Program-made: the position numbers and the translations under genes | Shown: piece by piece, positions 48,407 to 61,426 of the stretch | Numbering within the stretch: position 1 is the stretch's first letter | Layout: the number at the start of each line of letters is the position of its first letter | Notes under the pieces: model-generated | What the model saw: only the letters and a program-made list of their open reading frames with translations | Databases searched by the model: none | What the model was told of the DNA's origin: nothing | NCBI GenBank assembly: GCA_973895155.1 | Contig: OZ316893.1 | Span: 13,656,359-13,720,358, forward strand | Direction: 5' to 3' | DNA length: 64,000 nt | Source: Marsupella aquatica | Taxonomy: Eukaryota; Plantae; Marchantiophyta

Positions 48407-51400
48407 TTAAAGTGGCTTCTTTGCAGTTATGAGAGCAAATTTGATAAGCCCTTTTTGATAGCCTTGGACCATCAAAGCCATTGCGAAAGCTCCCTTCAAA
48501 GTCGTCCAACCTATCAATAACCACATGAAACAAGCTATCACTCCTTTCTAAATAGATGAAAGGACTAGCTAAACAAATCTCGCTCTCGGCATTCCAGGAT
48601 ACAAAGTGGACCCCCACTGCACTCAACGGATCAAAGTCCAATACATGATCTTAAAACGGGTTTAAACCAGTAGCTGAAATTTGAAGATGAGGTTCTGTAT
48701 CAAGTCAACAAATGTTACAAGCCCTTAACAGAGGTTTTAGGGGTTTGGGATCGTACATCCATTTGAAAGGAAAATATTAAGGATGAAGGTAGAGAAATTC
48801 CGCACCTGCTTTTGCCAGTCCAATCAAGCCTTTTGGGCTCAATGCTGACATAATGACGGCAGGCCAGAAAGGAGTCACGTACTCAGACCAATCAGCTGAT
48901 TTCACATCCTGTTGAATATAAAAATAATAATAAGCTCACGAAAGGCAAAATCGAAAAAGACGAAGCATTTTTACCAGTGCTGATGAAGTCCAATATAAAT
49001 GGGCCACGGCAGTGCCTGTAGAACTGGGTTAAGATTCACTGTATAATTACTTCCTTCTCATAATGGCACCCCACAAAACCACATCCACACCCACCCTCGC
49101 GCACATGGAGGATTTGAACCTTGCACAGATCTTGTATAGAAGAAGAAGGTACCTACCTTCAGGTTTAAGCCTTCTGCTATTTTCACGTAATCAGAAGGAG
49201 AGCACCAGGCAGGAAGATAGTAGGCATCACAGATTTTATCCAACAGTTCCTGCCAGAGAAAACCAATCAGTAGTTGGAGAAATTTTGCGACATCTCTGAC
49301 AAATTATCCAGCATTGACGATGCTTCAAGATGTTCCCAGCTCCATCAGTGAAGAAAGTTTCCTGTACATTTTAGGCTTCCAAAAGGGGAATCTTATTTAG
49401 GCTTACTTGTTCATCTGCAGTTAAGGATTCTTCCCCCGGTTGGAGATCTCGATGGCACCATGTAACAATCAGAATGTGACCATTGGGAGCTGTGACTCGT
49501 GCTAACTCCGTCAAGAACTGAAGAGAAAGACAACACGAGGATCACCTAATTAGATCGCATCAGCAAGAGTATACCTTTAGAAACATTAAACAAGTGTCTG
49601 AGCAGATCAAATGTTACAGCCTCGACTTGAAACGCAATCTCAGGGACGGGAAAGTTTCCTCCTACCATCAACGATCAACATGTGAATGTTATCACTATGA
49701 CACAGTGCAAAATTTTGGCGCTGGTCCTGTTTCTATTGAATCTTAAATCCTTTGAGAAACTTATACACAAATTCAAACAATTTTCTCAGCTGAGTTGAGC
49801 AATACCTTCGTTTTGTCTGGCATGTGCTCTCCACTCTCCATTGACCAGACAAGATCGAATTCACCATCTGCAAAGGGCTGGTTCAAAGCATCCGCTACCT
49901 GGAAACTGACCTAATAAAATAGCAATAGTTCAAGTGAGGGCTAGTCAGGACGTGCTAACAGAATCCAGTGTACTTTATATATAACTAGGGCATTGACTCT
50001 TGAGAGTGATTTGGGCATTGCATCAGTGGGGCTTAGTTCTCATACATGCTTTGATGGATAGAGCTTGGTGGATAGAGAAAAAACAAACGATAAAACTTGA
50101 ACAAGTAAGCCACAACACAGCTTCTCCTGACCAGGCCACCCGTATTTTCAGAATGGGCAAGGACTCAGGAATAGCCCTGCAAAAGAAAGAAGCAGACGGA
50201 AGGTCACCGGATGTTCTTCATACCTGCTCTGAAAGGCCTTGTTCTTCTGTCAAAGAGGTAGCTCGCTGGGCTTGTCGTGGACTCAGAGTAATCCCCTTGA
50301 CCTTCGCACTGTACTTACGAGCCAAATGACGAGCACTGCCCCCAATTCCGCATCCCACATCCACTACAGTCCGTGGCTCATTCTCACCCTCTGTGAGAAT
50401 GATCTATTGTCAGAACTTTAGGATTTCCTTGCAGACTCTTCCAAGCAATGACACTTTCGCCCGTTTCCGCTACTTGTTCTGTCAATCCATTACTACCGTT
50501 GTTGTTACTCGGGACCTCTCAATCTCAGCCATTCCCAAATGCCCAATTTTACGACAAACGTCAACTACACAAAGAACGTTAGTCGAATTATCTGGGCAGA
50601 GAAGGAAATTTCTACGAAACTGCAAGATTATGCTTTCCCTTGTTGTGTTCTTAAACGCTTTGCAGATTCCTTTCCAGCCAAGGTCCAGGGACCATTCATA
50701 TGACTTCGAAGGCTATACAAATAGCTTTGGCCTCACTGGTGTTAGTGGACTAAATAGGTTTTCCAGAGATTCAATGTCGACCTCTCGATGTTTGCCCCGT
50801 CCAAGAAACCCAAGAGGAGGTGGCCATCTTGGGGTCCATCGTTTAGTCTCTCATTCTTCACCTCCCCGCATCCCACTTAGTCTACTGAAACGAGCATTTG
50901 TGGAAAAGGCCTTGGCCCTCCAGAAATTGAAGGTCAAAGTTCAAATCCTCCGGCCAAGAAACTCAAATCTGAATGATTCAAGGAGCACGGTAACATATTT
51001 AGGAGGGATGATGGGCGGGCTACGTACCAGGAATTCCGGCCCAAGAAAGACTCTCTTCAATCATTCGGACTTGAGCAGCCAGGTGCCCTCCTCCATTCTC
51101 AGGCGAGTCTCCGGGCGTGTAATAGCCGTGGTGCATGTGCTCTCCCCAAATGTCCTCCCACACTCCGGAAGAGGAGTCATAGAAGTTGGCAATGCCCTCA
51201 TTCAGCTCCACCACTGTACGTTCTTTTGCGCCTGCTGCTGCTGCTGTAACGACGGAATATCTGCCAGCCTTGGGAACGTTTCTCCTCCTGGAAGGAACGG
51301 CAGCTGACGCAAATCCTCTCTCGGTGTTCAAACTGGTCGGCCTACTGGCTCCCACTTGCGGACGAGAATGGCCATTCAATCTGCTTATGGAGCAAGCTCC

Positions 51401-51415
51401 AGATATGGCTGACAT
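48407..51415 (-). CDS. VTE4: Gamma-tocopherol methyltransferase, plastid-targeted; ~7 exons (approx. 51415-51026, 50393-50223, 49911-49806, 49518-49408, 49250-49156, 48909-48807, 48511-48407)
   Basis: GIANFYDSSSGVWEDIWGEHMHHGYY, VDVGCGIGGS, GITLSPRQA, DALNQPFADGEFDLVWSMESGEHMPDK, VTWCHRDL, ICDAYYLPAWCS, ADWSEYVTPFWPAV, GLIKFALIT. Confidence 0.95.
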
Positions 51416-52687
51416 TTTGCTTAGAATCGTCTCCGAGGCGTTGCAATGCTCGCTTGCTCCCTGCTCGAGGTCGGTATCTCCGAGCTTTATGACCCAACTG
51501 AAGGCGTCTCACCCCTCACTGAATATGGCTGTGCTCGACGAACATATAATTAGACGCTTTTGGTTGCAGCATTTCCCTTCTGCGTGTCATCAGTATGAGC
51601 TCTCTCTCTCTCTCTATTGTGGACCCTCCATTTTCTTTTCCACATGCAACATCAGCATCCACGAAAGAGATCGAGTCCGTTATGGCTTGACGACTGTTTC
51701 TGTTGGGTCCGTCAAAATCTAAAATTAAGCATTGTTGTTCGTGTCGTATAGCATTATTTGGCCGAACATCTTTCACGTAGACCGATAACATAATGGTACT
51801 CTATGACGCACACAATTTAGTCGGCAAAATCAGAGTGACACGTGCTTCGTTGCATGCCCTACTCGTTGACCCTTTGAGTACAATGGGGTTTTTCTAATGT
51901 CTCACAACTTGGCCTCGGTTTCACTGTAAAGATGGATGCTCCTCTTTCGAGTGGCATAAATCAGTTATCTTCATTCCCTCGTATGGACGAGTGCGGTTTG
52001 ATGTAGCATGCTAGGACGGCGAGGAAAAATGCCGGGATTGATAACAGCTTTTCGCATCATTTCAGATTTTGAGAGGTCGTACCAAAGAGAATAATGTGGA
52101 GAGAGAATGGGATATAGGGAACATGCAACCGCAAACTTCCACTTGTACTACACTTTATTGTTTCTGAAGGCTAGATGTACGAAGTTGGGGGATGCCAAAG
52201 TGAAATCCATGAATGCTTATTTGGTGAAGAATTAAGTTCTGAGGAATTCCCAAGACATAGTTTCGGCGCGTCCGTGCGACCACCGTTCCGACAGGACACG
52301 CTGCACTTGGTTGTTCTTGGCCTCCAGTCCTTGTTGTCTTTCGGTGGCCTTCAAAGGGATCCGGATGTCTAAGCAACCTGCACGACATGGGGCTTCAGAG
52401 GAATGCGTCAGTTGTAATTCCCATGACCCCCAGCCTTCGTTCTGTTTTGCTGGCATTGAAAGCGATGTGGTTGTAGTTTAAACTTCTACAAAATTGAAGA
52501 TGACCTCAATCCCCATAAACATTAGCGTTCTCTTGACAGTTTGCCTTACTTTGTAAATTGGAAGAAACTCTCAAGGATTTTTCCGCCGAGGAGTAGCTGG
52601 GAGCACCATTGTTAAGAGCAATTACTCATAACCAGCACTGACTCCGGAAGATTTTACTTTTCAGAGACTGAGTTTTGCGAGTCTCAG

Positions 52688-52792
52688 CACTACCGTAGCT
52701 AAACCGAAAATGGATATTCCCAATCCTTGGCCCAGGAGTACTACCGTAGCTAAACTGAAAATGGATATTCCCAATCCATGGCCCAGGAGTAG
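52688..52792. repeat. ~51-bp tandem duplication
   Basis: actaccgtagctaaa.cgaaaatggatattcccaatcc.tggcccaggagt occurs twice. Confidence 0.8.
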
Positions 52793-53350
52793 TTTGAAGC
52801 ACGACGGTTCACCCGTAAGATTCTTACTGTTCTTCAGGGCTCAACTGTTGTGAGTCTCATAACCAGCTAAACACACATGCCTTGCCCATAGGAGTACAAA
52901 AGCGGACAACAAAAACGATAGAAACAAAGAATGGGAGCTTTTCGTAGTATCATAAGTGGTGCGCATTCAGAGAACGGCTTCAAGCTTTCCATGGCATATG
53001 CAATATCATCTGCTATTTCACATTCTTGGCTCATCTTATGGCACCGTTTGGCCTGCTGCATATTTGGACAACATGCTTAATGAAAATAAGGGCACTTTCA
53101 ATGAATTGCGTGTACAATCATTCTCCAACTTCTGAGGAGTTGTTCCCGTTGGCTTATGGGAATCTGGCACACTTGTAACGACTTGAACGTTCAGCTTCTG
53201 GTTGTGGCTTATTAACCACGACGACATTCACCTTCTTGCAGAGCATCAGCTTCCAGTGTGAATTCTCTCACCAGCATGTATACTTGTGCCCGGGTCAGAG
53301 CCACCTCTGAATAAGTATGCATATTCTCCTCATGAACCCTAAAATCAACC

Positions 53351-54763
53351 CTAAAAGAACACAAAATGGGTAGCAAGGTTTGTGACAAAAGGGTCTAGGA
53401 GAAGCCTGGTCAAAAAATAGAACAAGACTCCAAGAGAAATGGAAAATGGAAGAGCTGGAAGTGCACGACGCCAGACAGCTAGCAGCAACAGCGTTGCTCC
53501 CAGCCCAGCAACGATTGCGAGATAGCACGCATAAACTGTCATCATATCATACATAGCAGCCCTGCCCACCAGAACACTGTAAAATATGAAGTCACCCAGC
53601 CCCAATTTGATTGAACCTGACAGCACCCCTCCCTCCCCATCGCCAGCAACATTATCTAGAATATCCTCGATGTTCGTCCCGCCTCTAGTGCCAGCTTCCA
53701 TGCCATCCATGGCTACTGCAGACTGCGTTGCAGTAAGTGCTTGAGCTTGAGTCTGATGGCTTACCAAGGCCAATGTCTCCTCATCTTCACCAGTAGCGAG
53801 AGTGCTTACTGGCAAAACATCATTATCACCTGCAGAAACTAGGGAAGGAGGACGAGCCACACCTTGTACCTGACCTGATTCTGGCCTCGGTAGATTCCTC
53901 TGAGAATGTCCAGCAGGTGCCAGCCCAAGTTCAGTCGAATTACTTCCCGGAGCACCTGCACCAGGTCTTCTTCTCCATCTCGGAGGCCGCTGGACAGGTT
54001 GCGGAGGCCGAATTGAAGTAACAGAACCATCACGTGAGCTTGCTTCAGGGGCGGCTGTTTGGGGGACGTACCCTGGCCGTGTAACTGGCCTAGCTTCATA
54101 AATCAAGGCTGGAATGTCTTCATCTCTAGCAATAGCAAGCTCAACGAGCATATTTAGAGGTCCCCCAGGAACCAGAACAGCAACCACATCGTACAAAGCC
54201 ATGGCCAGGAGGAGAATCCATGTTGTCCACTCGGGCAGCATAGTAAACCAGTATGCCACAAGGACACCGATAAGCACAAGGTAACCCTGAGTGAAGACAA
54301 TTGGCATTTTGCAGAAGAACACCGCCATAACGCCCACTGTTGCAAAATTGTAAAGAATTATGCTAAATGTGATAACATCAATGGGGATGGAAAAGTACTG
54401 TACCAGTTGGATGGCCAAGCCACCCCCCATGTAAGCCAGGACCATGAAAGCCGAGAAACCCATGTACCCTTTGAGAATCCTGTTACATCTAAAGTAGAAG
54501 AGAGCCACAAGGACAAAGGTGACCACAGTGACAATTGCCACAAACACCAGAGCATTCAACAGTGCACCTCCCAATTTCTCTGAAAATGAATCTGATTCCT
54601 GCTCATCGTACACCAGCATGGCAATGCTCGCAGCTGGAGCATCCCCTCCGTGTGGAACGAGGGTGTGCACCAACAGCACTACAAGAAGCATACAGAGGGA
54701 GACTGGACTGATAATCCCTAAAATCTCTGCTCCCAGATGATCCAACACACTGCCTTCTGCCAT
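53351..54763 (-). CDS. PSN: Presenilin (gamma-secretase catalytic subunit), intronless CDS
   Basis: SPVSLCM, LPEWTTW, ALYDVVAVLVPGGPL (YD), IPALIYE, IKLGLGDFIFYSVLVGRAA (GxGD), ALPALP (PAL). Likely start is MAEGSVLDHLG at 54763. Confidence 0.96.
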   Translation of the reverse strand: MAEGSVLDHLGAEILGIISPVSLCMLLVVLLVHTLVPHGGDAPAASIAMLVYDEQESDSFSEKLGGALLNALVFVAIVTVVTFVLVALFYFRCNRILKGYMGFSAFMVLAYMGGGLAIQLVQYFSIPIDVITFSIILYNFATVGVMAVFFCKMPIVFTQGYLVLIGVLVAYWFTMLPEWTTWILLLAMALYDVVAVLVPGGPLNMLVELAIARDEDIPALIYEARPVTRPGYVPQTAAPEASSRDGSVTSIRPPQPVQRPPRWRRRPGAGAPGSNSTELGLAPAGHSQRNLPRPESGQVQGVARPPSLVSAGDNDVLPVSTLATGEDEETLALVSHQTQAQALTATQSAVAMDGMEAGTRGGTNIEDILDNVAGDGEGGVLSGSIKLGLGDFIFYSVLVGRAAMYDMMTVYACYLAIVAGLGATLLLLAVWRRALPALPFSISLGVLFYFLTRLLLDPFVTNLATHFVFF

Positions 54764-57387
54764 CGCTGCCGCTACGGCAAAGAGAGAGATCTCAAGAATT
54801 GTGCATCTCCCTTGCACTAACCTCTACACAAATTAGAATTCCAAAAAGCAGAGAAAAAAGATGGCATCCAAATGTCCGTCTAATCCAAACCAAGGCTCCG
54901 CTCCATCGCAGGAGAACCCTAAATGTCGAAAAACGCTACGAAACATCAGCACAGAGACGTAGAGATCCGCAGTCAAATTGCGGGCGAGATTTCCAGAATC
55001 GGTAATGATCATCCGCCACATTACACTTCTCGCCTCCGGCAGCTACGCAATCCGCTCTACACTCCAGAGCTGCAACACTTCAATCCCTACAAGAGTTTTT
55101 CTCTTCGTATATTTCTGTACTTTATTGAAGAAACCCACATCGAGGGCACTCCAAGGTCATTTTGAGATTTGTTCTGGTTGACTCTTCGAATATTTGGGTT
55201 TTCTAGATTGCAACCCCTTTTTTGGCATAGTAACATCTAACAACCTTGCCACTCAATTTGTTTATCACAAGAAGTGCTTTTTGTTTGTGGGTTAATAGAA
55301 TTAACCACTGTTAGCTCATTCACATCCAATGACAGCACTTGAACTCAGTTTTGCATTGCAATTTGACAGCTCAAGTCTGCCTTAAACCAAATAAAAAGAG
55401 AAGTGCCCAAGATTTCTTCATTTTTCACATTCTTCTCTTCTAGGGTGAGATTTTGCTCCACAATTTCAAGACTGCTTATATTCCCTGCCCTGCCCCAGCC
55501 GACCTTTCCCCATACCCTGCCCTGCCCCGGCCCTGCCCCGGCCCTGGCCTGTCCCAGGATGGCCGGCCGGGAACTGACGGACAAGTTGTCTTGTTGTCAG
55601 ACACGACAACTTGTCATTTGTCGGCTCCAAAAGGGGTCAAATGTTGGATATTCGCTTATATTCCCCGGCCGGTCGGGAAAGGCCAGGACAGGCCGGGGTT
55701 GGGCCGGGGCCAGGACGACCGAGTGTGACACATGCCGGATGTTGGGGTCCAGACCCCTCATTTGTCGAACAAGTCCAAACCCAGTAGTCCCCCTGGGCAG
55801 GAAATGGGCCACCCAGTTCCAATTATTTTCATTGTTTCCCCTGGGCAGGAGGGGGTTGGTTATTTTGTTTGTTTGTTTTGTGCACCCGGGCAGGAGTTGG
55901 CCCTCGTTCATTTGTGTGTCCCTTTGTTCAATTTTTCCTGTTTCCATTCATTAGGAAGGTCAACCTTACCCGACCGACCCTTTTACAGCAGCCCAAACTC
56001 TGGGGTCAGGGCCATGACACAGAATGAGTGGGGCAAAGTTTTTGGCTCCAATGATAGTGTTGTTAGGTGTTGAAGTGATTCCAGCAATTGAAACTCAGGC
56101 TACCCAAGTCACTAACAGTTATCCACTGGTAAACCAACACTGAGTTGATGCAGTTAACCCTAAATTTTGTTTATTTTGACCTCAGTCAAAGCTGGCTTTG
56201 GTCAAGCCACCATTCCTGCAATCAAACTCAGTCTACCAGCGTCACTAACAGGTACTGTTAACTGATACCGAGTTGATGCAGTTGCACTGCGTTTGGGTCT
56301 TACCACCCAGTCAAAGCTGGCACCTGTAGTATTCTCAAGTGACAATAAATCCCTTGTGAAATTTTTCTTTGTATGACTATACATGGTTATGAGGCATTAC
56401 CCGGGGTGAGGCCACCAAAACCCATGAGCAAGCCTGGCCTGGGGATTTCTCAAATTTGAATGACAAATATGGTCAGATGCAAGTGGTAGACAGTGACAAA
56501 CACAAATTTTTGCAATGTAAAAATGAAATGAATGGTTCAAAAGTGCATGCCCAGAAATTCATCTCCGCCCGGGACAATGGGCTGTGACCCCCTCAGATTC
56601 ACTGCCCTGTGAGATTACAGCCCATTACCCTCTTGGAGATGGGTTACCCCTACACATTCCCGCAATCAAGATTGAGCCAGAGTCATTAACACTTATCAAA
56701 TGTTGAGATGATACAAGTAACTGCATGCCATCGGACCTTCTGACCTCGATCAAAGAAAATAACCAACCTTCTTTTATACCCTCTAATAAAAGTAGTCTCT
56801 CCCTCCCAATCCAACCACTTGGGGGCCACAGGGTTCCTTTTTAGGCTTGCGGGCAGAAAGTTCTGCCCAAATGGAGAGACCAACTTCAATTCAACTGGTT
56901 CCAATTATTTTCATTGTTTCCCCAGGTCAGGAGGGGGTAGGTTATTTTTCTTTGTTTGTTTTGTGCACCCGGGCAGGAGTTGGCCCTCATTCATTTGTGT
57001 GTCCCTCTGTTCATTTTTTCCTGTTTCCATTCATTAGGAATGTCAACCTTAGAGCAACCGCACCGGTTTTCCAGTCCAACTCCTGTAAAGGGGAATTCTT
57101 TGGCCTATAGCATTTGCCGGCCCGAAGCCTGCCTCCCCCTGGCACCGGTCAAGACTCTGAAGGCCGCCAAACTTCTTTAACCCAAGTTCGAACCAGCACT
57201 TTCCAGTTCAAACCACACTTTTTGCCCCAACACCACAGCGAGAAGCTCTCCCGCGACCATGACGAACAAGGTCTACTTCTGAAACATCATGTGCAGTCGA
57301 TGTGCACTGCGAGCCCAAAAATTGAAACATTGCGTCGCCTTCTTGAATTGCAATTCTTTGTCTATTCTTGGCTTGTGCTGGTGAATC

Positions 57388-58718
57388 ATGGACAAAATTG
57401 AAGAGTGGCGACAGAAATTCCAAAAGCAAATGGAGAATGACCTCTAGGATGAAGAGGACGAGTAGGCATTTTGGGAAGAGACAATCTTCACATGACCAAT
57501 GTCCAACCTATGCAATCACAACACACTGCAGAAACGAAGACGAGGTGGATCTGTCCCTGGCAAACGGCCCAACAAGGATCGTAAGAGAGAGCAAGGGCAC
57601 CAAATGATTTGGGACGACTACTTTGCTGAAAATTCAACATACGATGTTGTGGATTTCCGGAGAAGATTCAGGATGACTCCTAGGCTTTTCTACAAAATTT
57701 ATAAGGCCATTGTTGCACATGACAAGTTCTTCCAGCAAAGGCGAGATGCAGCAAAAAAGAATGGGTTGTCTGGCCTACGGAAAATCACTGCTGCTCTTCG
57801 ACAGGTTGCACAAGGAATTGGAGCAAACTGTAGAGATGAGTATTGTAGATTGGGTGAAAGCACTGCTAGGAAGTCCCTCTATAGATTTACAAGAGCAATT
57901 CAAATTTTGTTTGAGTCTGAATACTTGAGGAAGCCCTCTATCTCAGATGTTTTAGTGCTTGTTGCCATTAATGAGAAGCGAGGGTTTCCAGGGATGTTTG
58001 CCTCCCTTGATTGCATGCACTATGAATGGAAAAACTGTCCAATGGCATGGCAAGGCGAATTTACCGATAAGGACGGCAACAAACCGATTGTCTTGGAAGC
58101 CATTGCTGACCAGGAGCTCTGGATTTGGCATGCCTTTTTTGGGCTTCCCGGAGACAACAATGACCTCAATGTCTTGGACAGGAGTCCTTTGGTCAATGAT
58201 TTCCTTCATGAGCAATATCATTGTCCTAGCTATACTATCAATGACAAAGAGTACAAGAGGCCTTACCTACTTGTAGATGGGATATATCCAAAGTGGTCCT
58301 GTTTTGTCACTGCAATTCACAGTCCCCAGACAGAAAAAAAGTTAAAAATTTGCAAAAGCTCAAGAGGGCTGCAGAAAGGATGTTGAACGAGCCTTTGGTG
58401 TGTTGCAAGCTAGATGGGGAATTGTAAGGCAACCTGCAAGGTCGTGGCACTTGCAACGAGTCACAAACATCCTCTTTGCATGCATTGTGCTTCATAACAT
58501 GATTATTGAAGATGAGGAGCATGGAAAACTTTCAAACGGTTGAGCCCAGATTGCAAGTACATAGAGGCCGAATGCCATGGAAGGATTATCTGAAAGCTAC
58601 TAAAGAGCTGGAAAGCAAAAACTGTCATTACCAATTGCGAAATGATCTCATTGAACACCTATGGAAGAGAAAAGGTGAAGTCCGACTAGCAAAATGGGTT
58701 CAATCAATGAACCGGTAG
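57388..58718 (+). pseudogene. Harbinger (plant PIF/Pong-type) DDE transposase with N-terminal stops and a frameshift in the A-run near 58335
   Basis: FRRRFRM, RGFPGMFASLDCMHYEWKNCP, LWIWHAFFGLPGDNNDLNVLD, YLLVDGIYP; after the frameshift RKDVERAFGVLQARW and CIVLHNMIIEDE. Confidence 0.9.
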
Positions 58719-59277
58719 CTAGAGTATCAAATTCTGATGTACCTTCTTTCATTGACCAAGCAATTAATAAAAAGTGTGCACATTGTGTCCAAAATTGCTT
58801 TGTATTGCCAATTCACTGCGCAAGATCCACTACAATTGCTTTCTACTGTCAATCAAACACATTTCATGTCTAGAAGAATTTTCTGTTGTTGTCTCAACAA
58901 AGTCTTGAAAATTGTGTCTCAAAAATTCCATATACTTTTTGCAGATTACATAATTAAATCAGAACTATGGAAAGATCCCATGTTCATCTTGAGCTACACC
59001 CAAATGTTCTAGTAGATGGTGAGCACAAAACAGAAGCAAATAAAAGCTTCTAATTTCTGCACATTGACAACAAATTTGATAGGAAAAGCAATTCCGACAG
59101 AAAAAACAGTTTCAACAGAAAAAACATAATTAAACTACTCACAAACCTCACCTAGTGGGAATTTCTATTCTCAGCAGAGTGAGAACCGAGGAAATAACTT
59201 CACCCTGGTTCTCACCTATCGTGCTATCCCTATGTCAAAAGTGTCTGCCACAATGTCATCTTCAAAAGTGTCTCGAA

Positions 59278-60234
59278 CTACTTCCGGTTGTTCCAAGTCT
59301 TCATCAAATGCCACAGGAATTGGCAAGGTGGTCTGTGAAGCAATAGGGGCAGAGTGGGGGAAACTGGTTTTGCATCCTGAGCCATCCTCTTGCTCACCCT
59401 GGTCATCTCCTGCTTTTTAGAAATTCTCCAGAATTCCAGCTCCTCCGGGTCAATCATGTGAGTGGGCATTGTGAACATGTTCATCAAGGACTGACCCTGC
59501 AATATTCTCAATCGCTCTCGTCCATTTTTGGCCATAATCTTTTGAGCAGCAGCTGACACCTTGAGGGAATCTTCTTGAGTCCTTGCTTTTTTTGCTGCTT
59601 CCTTTGAAATTTTGCTTCCCGCTGGCCTCTTGCTATCAAAGCCTTGTGTGCTTGCACCATCGTTGGAACTCTTCTCTGGTGATCCCTGTGTACTATTTTT
59701 GCTCAATGGAGGGTCGTTCTCCTTGTCTGCGAGGTCATGCAATTCCCTGGGCTCCTTCCTCACTGGGGTCTGTTTGGTCTTGGCCTTTGTCTTTGCCATA
59801 GAATCGAATGGCATTGCCCACCTTGGGCAATCTTTCAAAACGTAGTAACACTCTGTGAATGCAAATGCTTTTCCCTTTGCATGCCGTTGCTTGTACAACT
59901 CTCGTGCCTTCTCTAAGGTGTCCTCAACATTGGTTCCAGAAATGTTGAGGTCTTCCATAGCTTGGAAGCATCCAATGAATCTAGCAGTATCATGACGGAT
60001 TTCTCCCCACTTGCTCTCAAGTGACTTTGGCGTTTTGTACTCTGCTCCTCGTGGCTTGTTCTTCTCGTAATGCTCCCCCACCCTTTCCCAAAAAGAATCC
60101 TTCTTTTGGCCAGAACCTACGCAGGGATCTTGTGAGATGTCGAGGTAGCTGAAACACAATTGTTTCAACTCTAGAGCACTAAAGTTTTTCCCTCTCTGGA
60201 CAGCCATGTGTACTGACAGACGATCCTTGTGCAT
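59278..60234 (-). CDS. Harbinger-associated Myb/SANT-like DNA-binding protein (NAM-associated type)
   Basis: NFSALELKQLCFSYLDISQDPCVGSGQKKDSFWERV, SLESKWGEI, AFAFTECYYVLKDCPRW, RPAGSKISKE. Lies inside the TIRs, opposite the transposase. Confidence 0.85.
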   Translation of the reverse strand: MHKDRLSVHMAVQRGKNFSALELKQLCFSYLDISQDPCVGSGQKKDSFWERVGEHYEKNKPRGAEYKTPKSLESKWGEIRHDTARFIGCFQAMEDLNISGTNVEDTLEKARELYKQRHAKGKAFAFTECYYVLKDCPRWAMPFDSMAKTKAKTKQTPVRKEPRELHDLADKENDPPLSKNSTQGSPEKSSNDGASTQGFDSKRPAGSKISKEAAKKARTQEDSLKVSAAAQKIMAKNGRERLRILQGQSLMNMFTMPTHMIDPEELEFWRISKKQEMTRVSKRMAQDAKPVSPTLPLLLHRPPCQFLWHLMKTWNNRK

Positions 60235-61426
60235 AGTGTCAAAGTACTGTGAGCATGGACCACATGTAGAACGTGAAAGAGCAAGAGAGGACTGTGCACA
60301 TTGTGTGATCTGACGAAACTGGTCTCCCCACCCATGTCAATGGTCCCCTGCAACAGCGCATGGCCGGGAGGGAATAGTGAACAGATGCACGACATGTGGT
60401 TGCACTACGAGCGTTGATTTGTTTTAGCAGGGAAGGCAAAAGAAATTTGGCGCCTTGAAAATTGCCCGAAAGTGGCGGTCCGAAAATGTTGTTTGGAGGC
60501 GCCCTAATAATGCTTTAGGGATTCGGTGGACTGGTGCAAGAGTGAAAATGCTGTGGGCCCGGATATTTGTGGTATTTGGCATACAGGGAGCTTTTAGCAA
60601 CCACCGGTGCGGTCGCTCTTACCCGACCGACCCTTTTCCAGCAGCCCAAACTCTGGGGTCAATGCCATGACACAAAATGATTCGGGCAAAGTTTTGGCTC
60701 CAATAATAGTGTTGTCATTTGTTGAAGTGATTCCAGCAGTTGAAACTCAGCCTACCCAAGTTACTAATAGATATCCACTATTAACCAACGCCGAGTTCAT
60801 GTAGTTAACCTGCATTTTGGTTCTTTTGACCCCAGTCAAAGCTGGCTTTGGTCAAGCCACCATTCCCGCAATCAAAACTCAAAACTCAGTCTACCAGAGT
60901 CACTAACAGTTACTATTAACTGATACCAAGTTGATAAAGTTCACCTGCATTTGGGTCTCCCAACCCCAGTCCAAAGCTGGCACCTCTAGTACTCTCAAGT
61001 GACAATCAACCCCTCGTGAAATTTTTTCTTTGTATGTCTATACATGGTTATGAGGCACTGCCCCGGATGAGGCCATGAAACCCATGCGCTAGCCTAGCTT
61101 GAGGATTTTTCAAATTTGAATGACAAACATGGTCAGGTGCAAATGGTAGATAGTGACAGCTAAAAAAATTTGCAATGTAAAATTGAAATGAATGGTTCAA
61201 AAATGCACTTGGGATTTACGCCCCAAAACTCATCTCCATTGCGACAATGGGCTGTAACCCCCTCGATTCACTACCCTGTGAGATTACATCCCACTACCCC
61301 CTCTCGGAGATGGGTTCCCGCAATCAAGACTCAGCTTGTGAGAGTCATTAACAGTTATTCAATGTTGAGATGATACGGGTAACTGCATGCATCGGGTCTT
61401 CTGACCCTGGTCAAAATCAAATAACC

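Larger units (their letters stand above)
57052..60618. mobile_element. PIF/Harbinger DNA transposon, 3567 bp, with 15-bp TIRs and TTA TSD
   Basis: Left TIR gagcaaccgcaccgg; right ccggtgcggtcgctc. TTA at 57049-57051 and 60619-60621. Empty site tcaaccTTAcccgaccgacc at ~55960-55980. Two convergent ORFs. Confidence 0.93.
55810..61426. repeat. ~1-kb tandem duplication: copy 1 ~55810-56770; copy 2 ~56890-57051 plus 60619-61426, split by the Harbinger element and followed by the LINE
   Basis: gttccaattattttcattgtttccc..., cagcagcccaaactctggggtc, cagtcaaagctggctttggtcaagccaccattcc and gagtcattaaca.ttatc are present in both copies. Confidence 0.85.

Noticed and set aside
50393-51307. 304-aa plus-strand ORF
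   Set aside because: It is antisense to VTE4 exon 1/intron 1, has a non-ATG start and shows no motifs.
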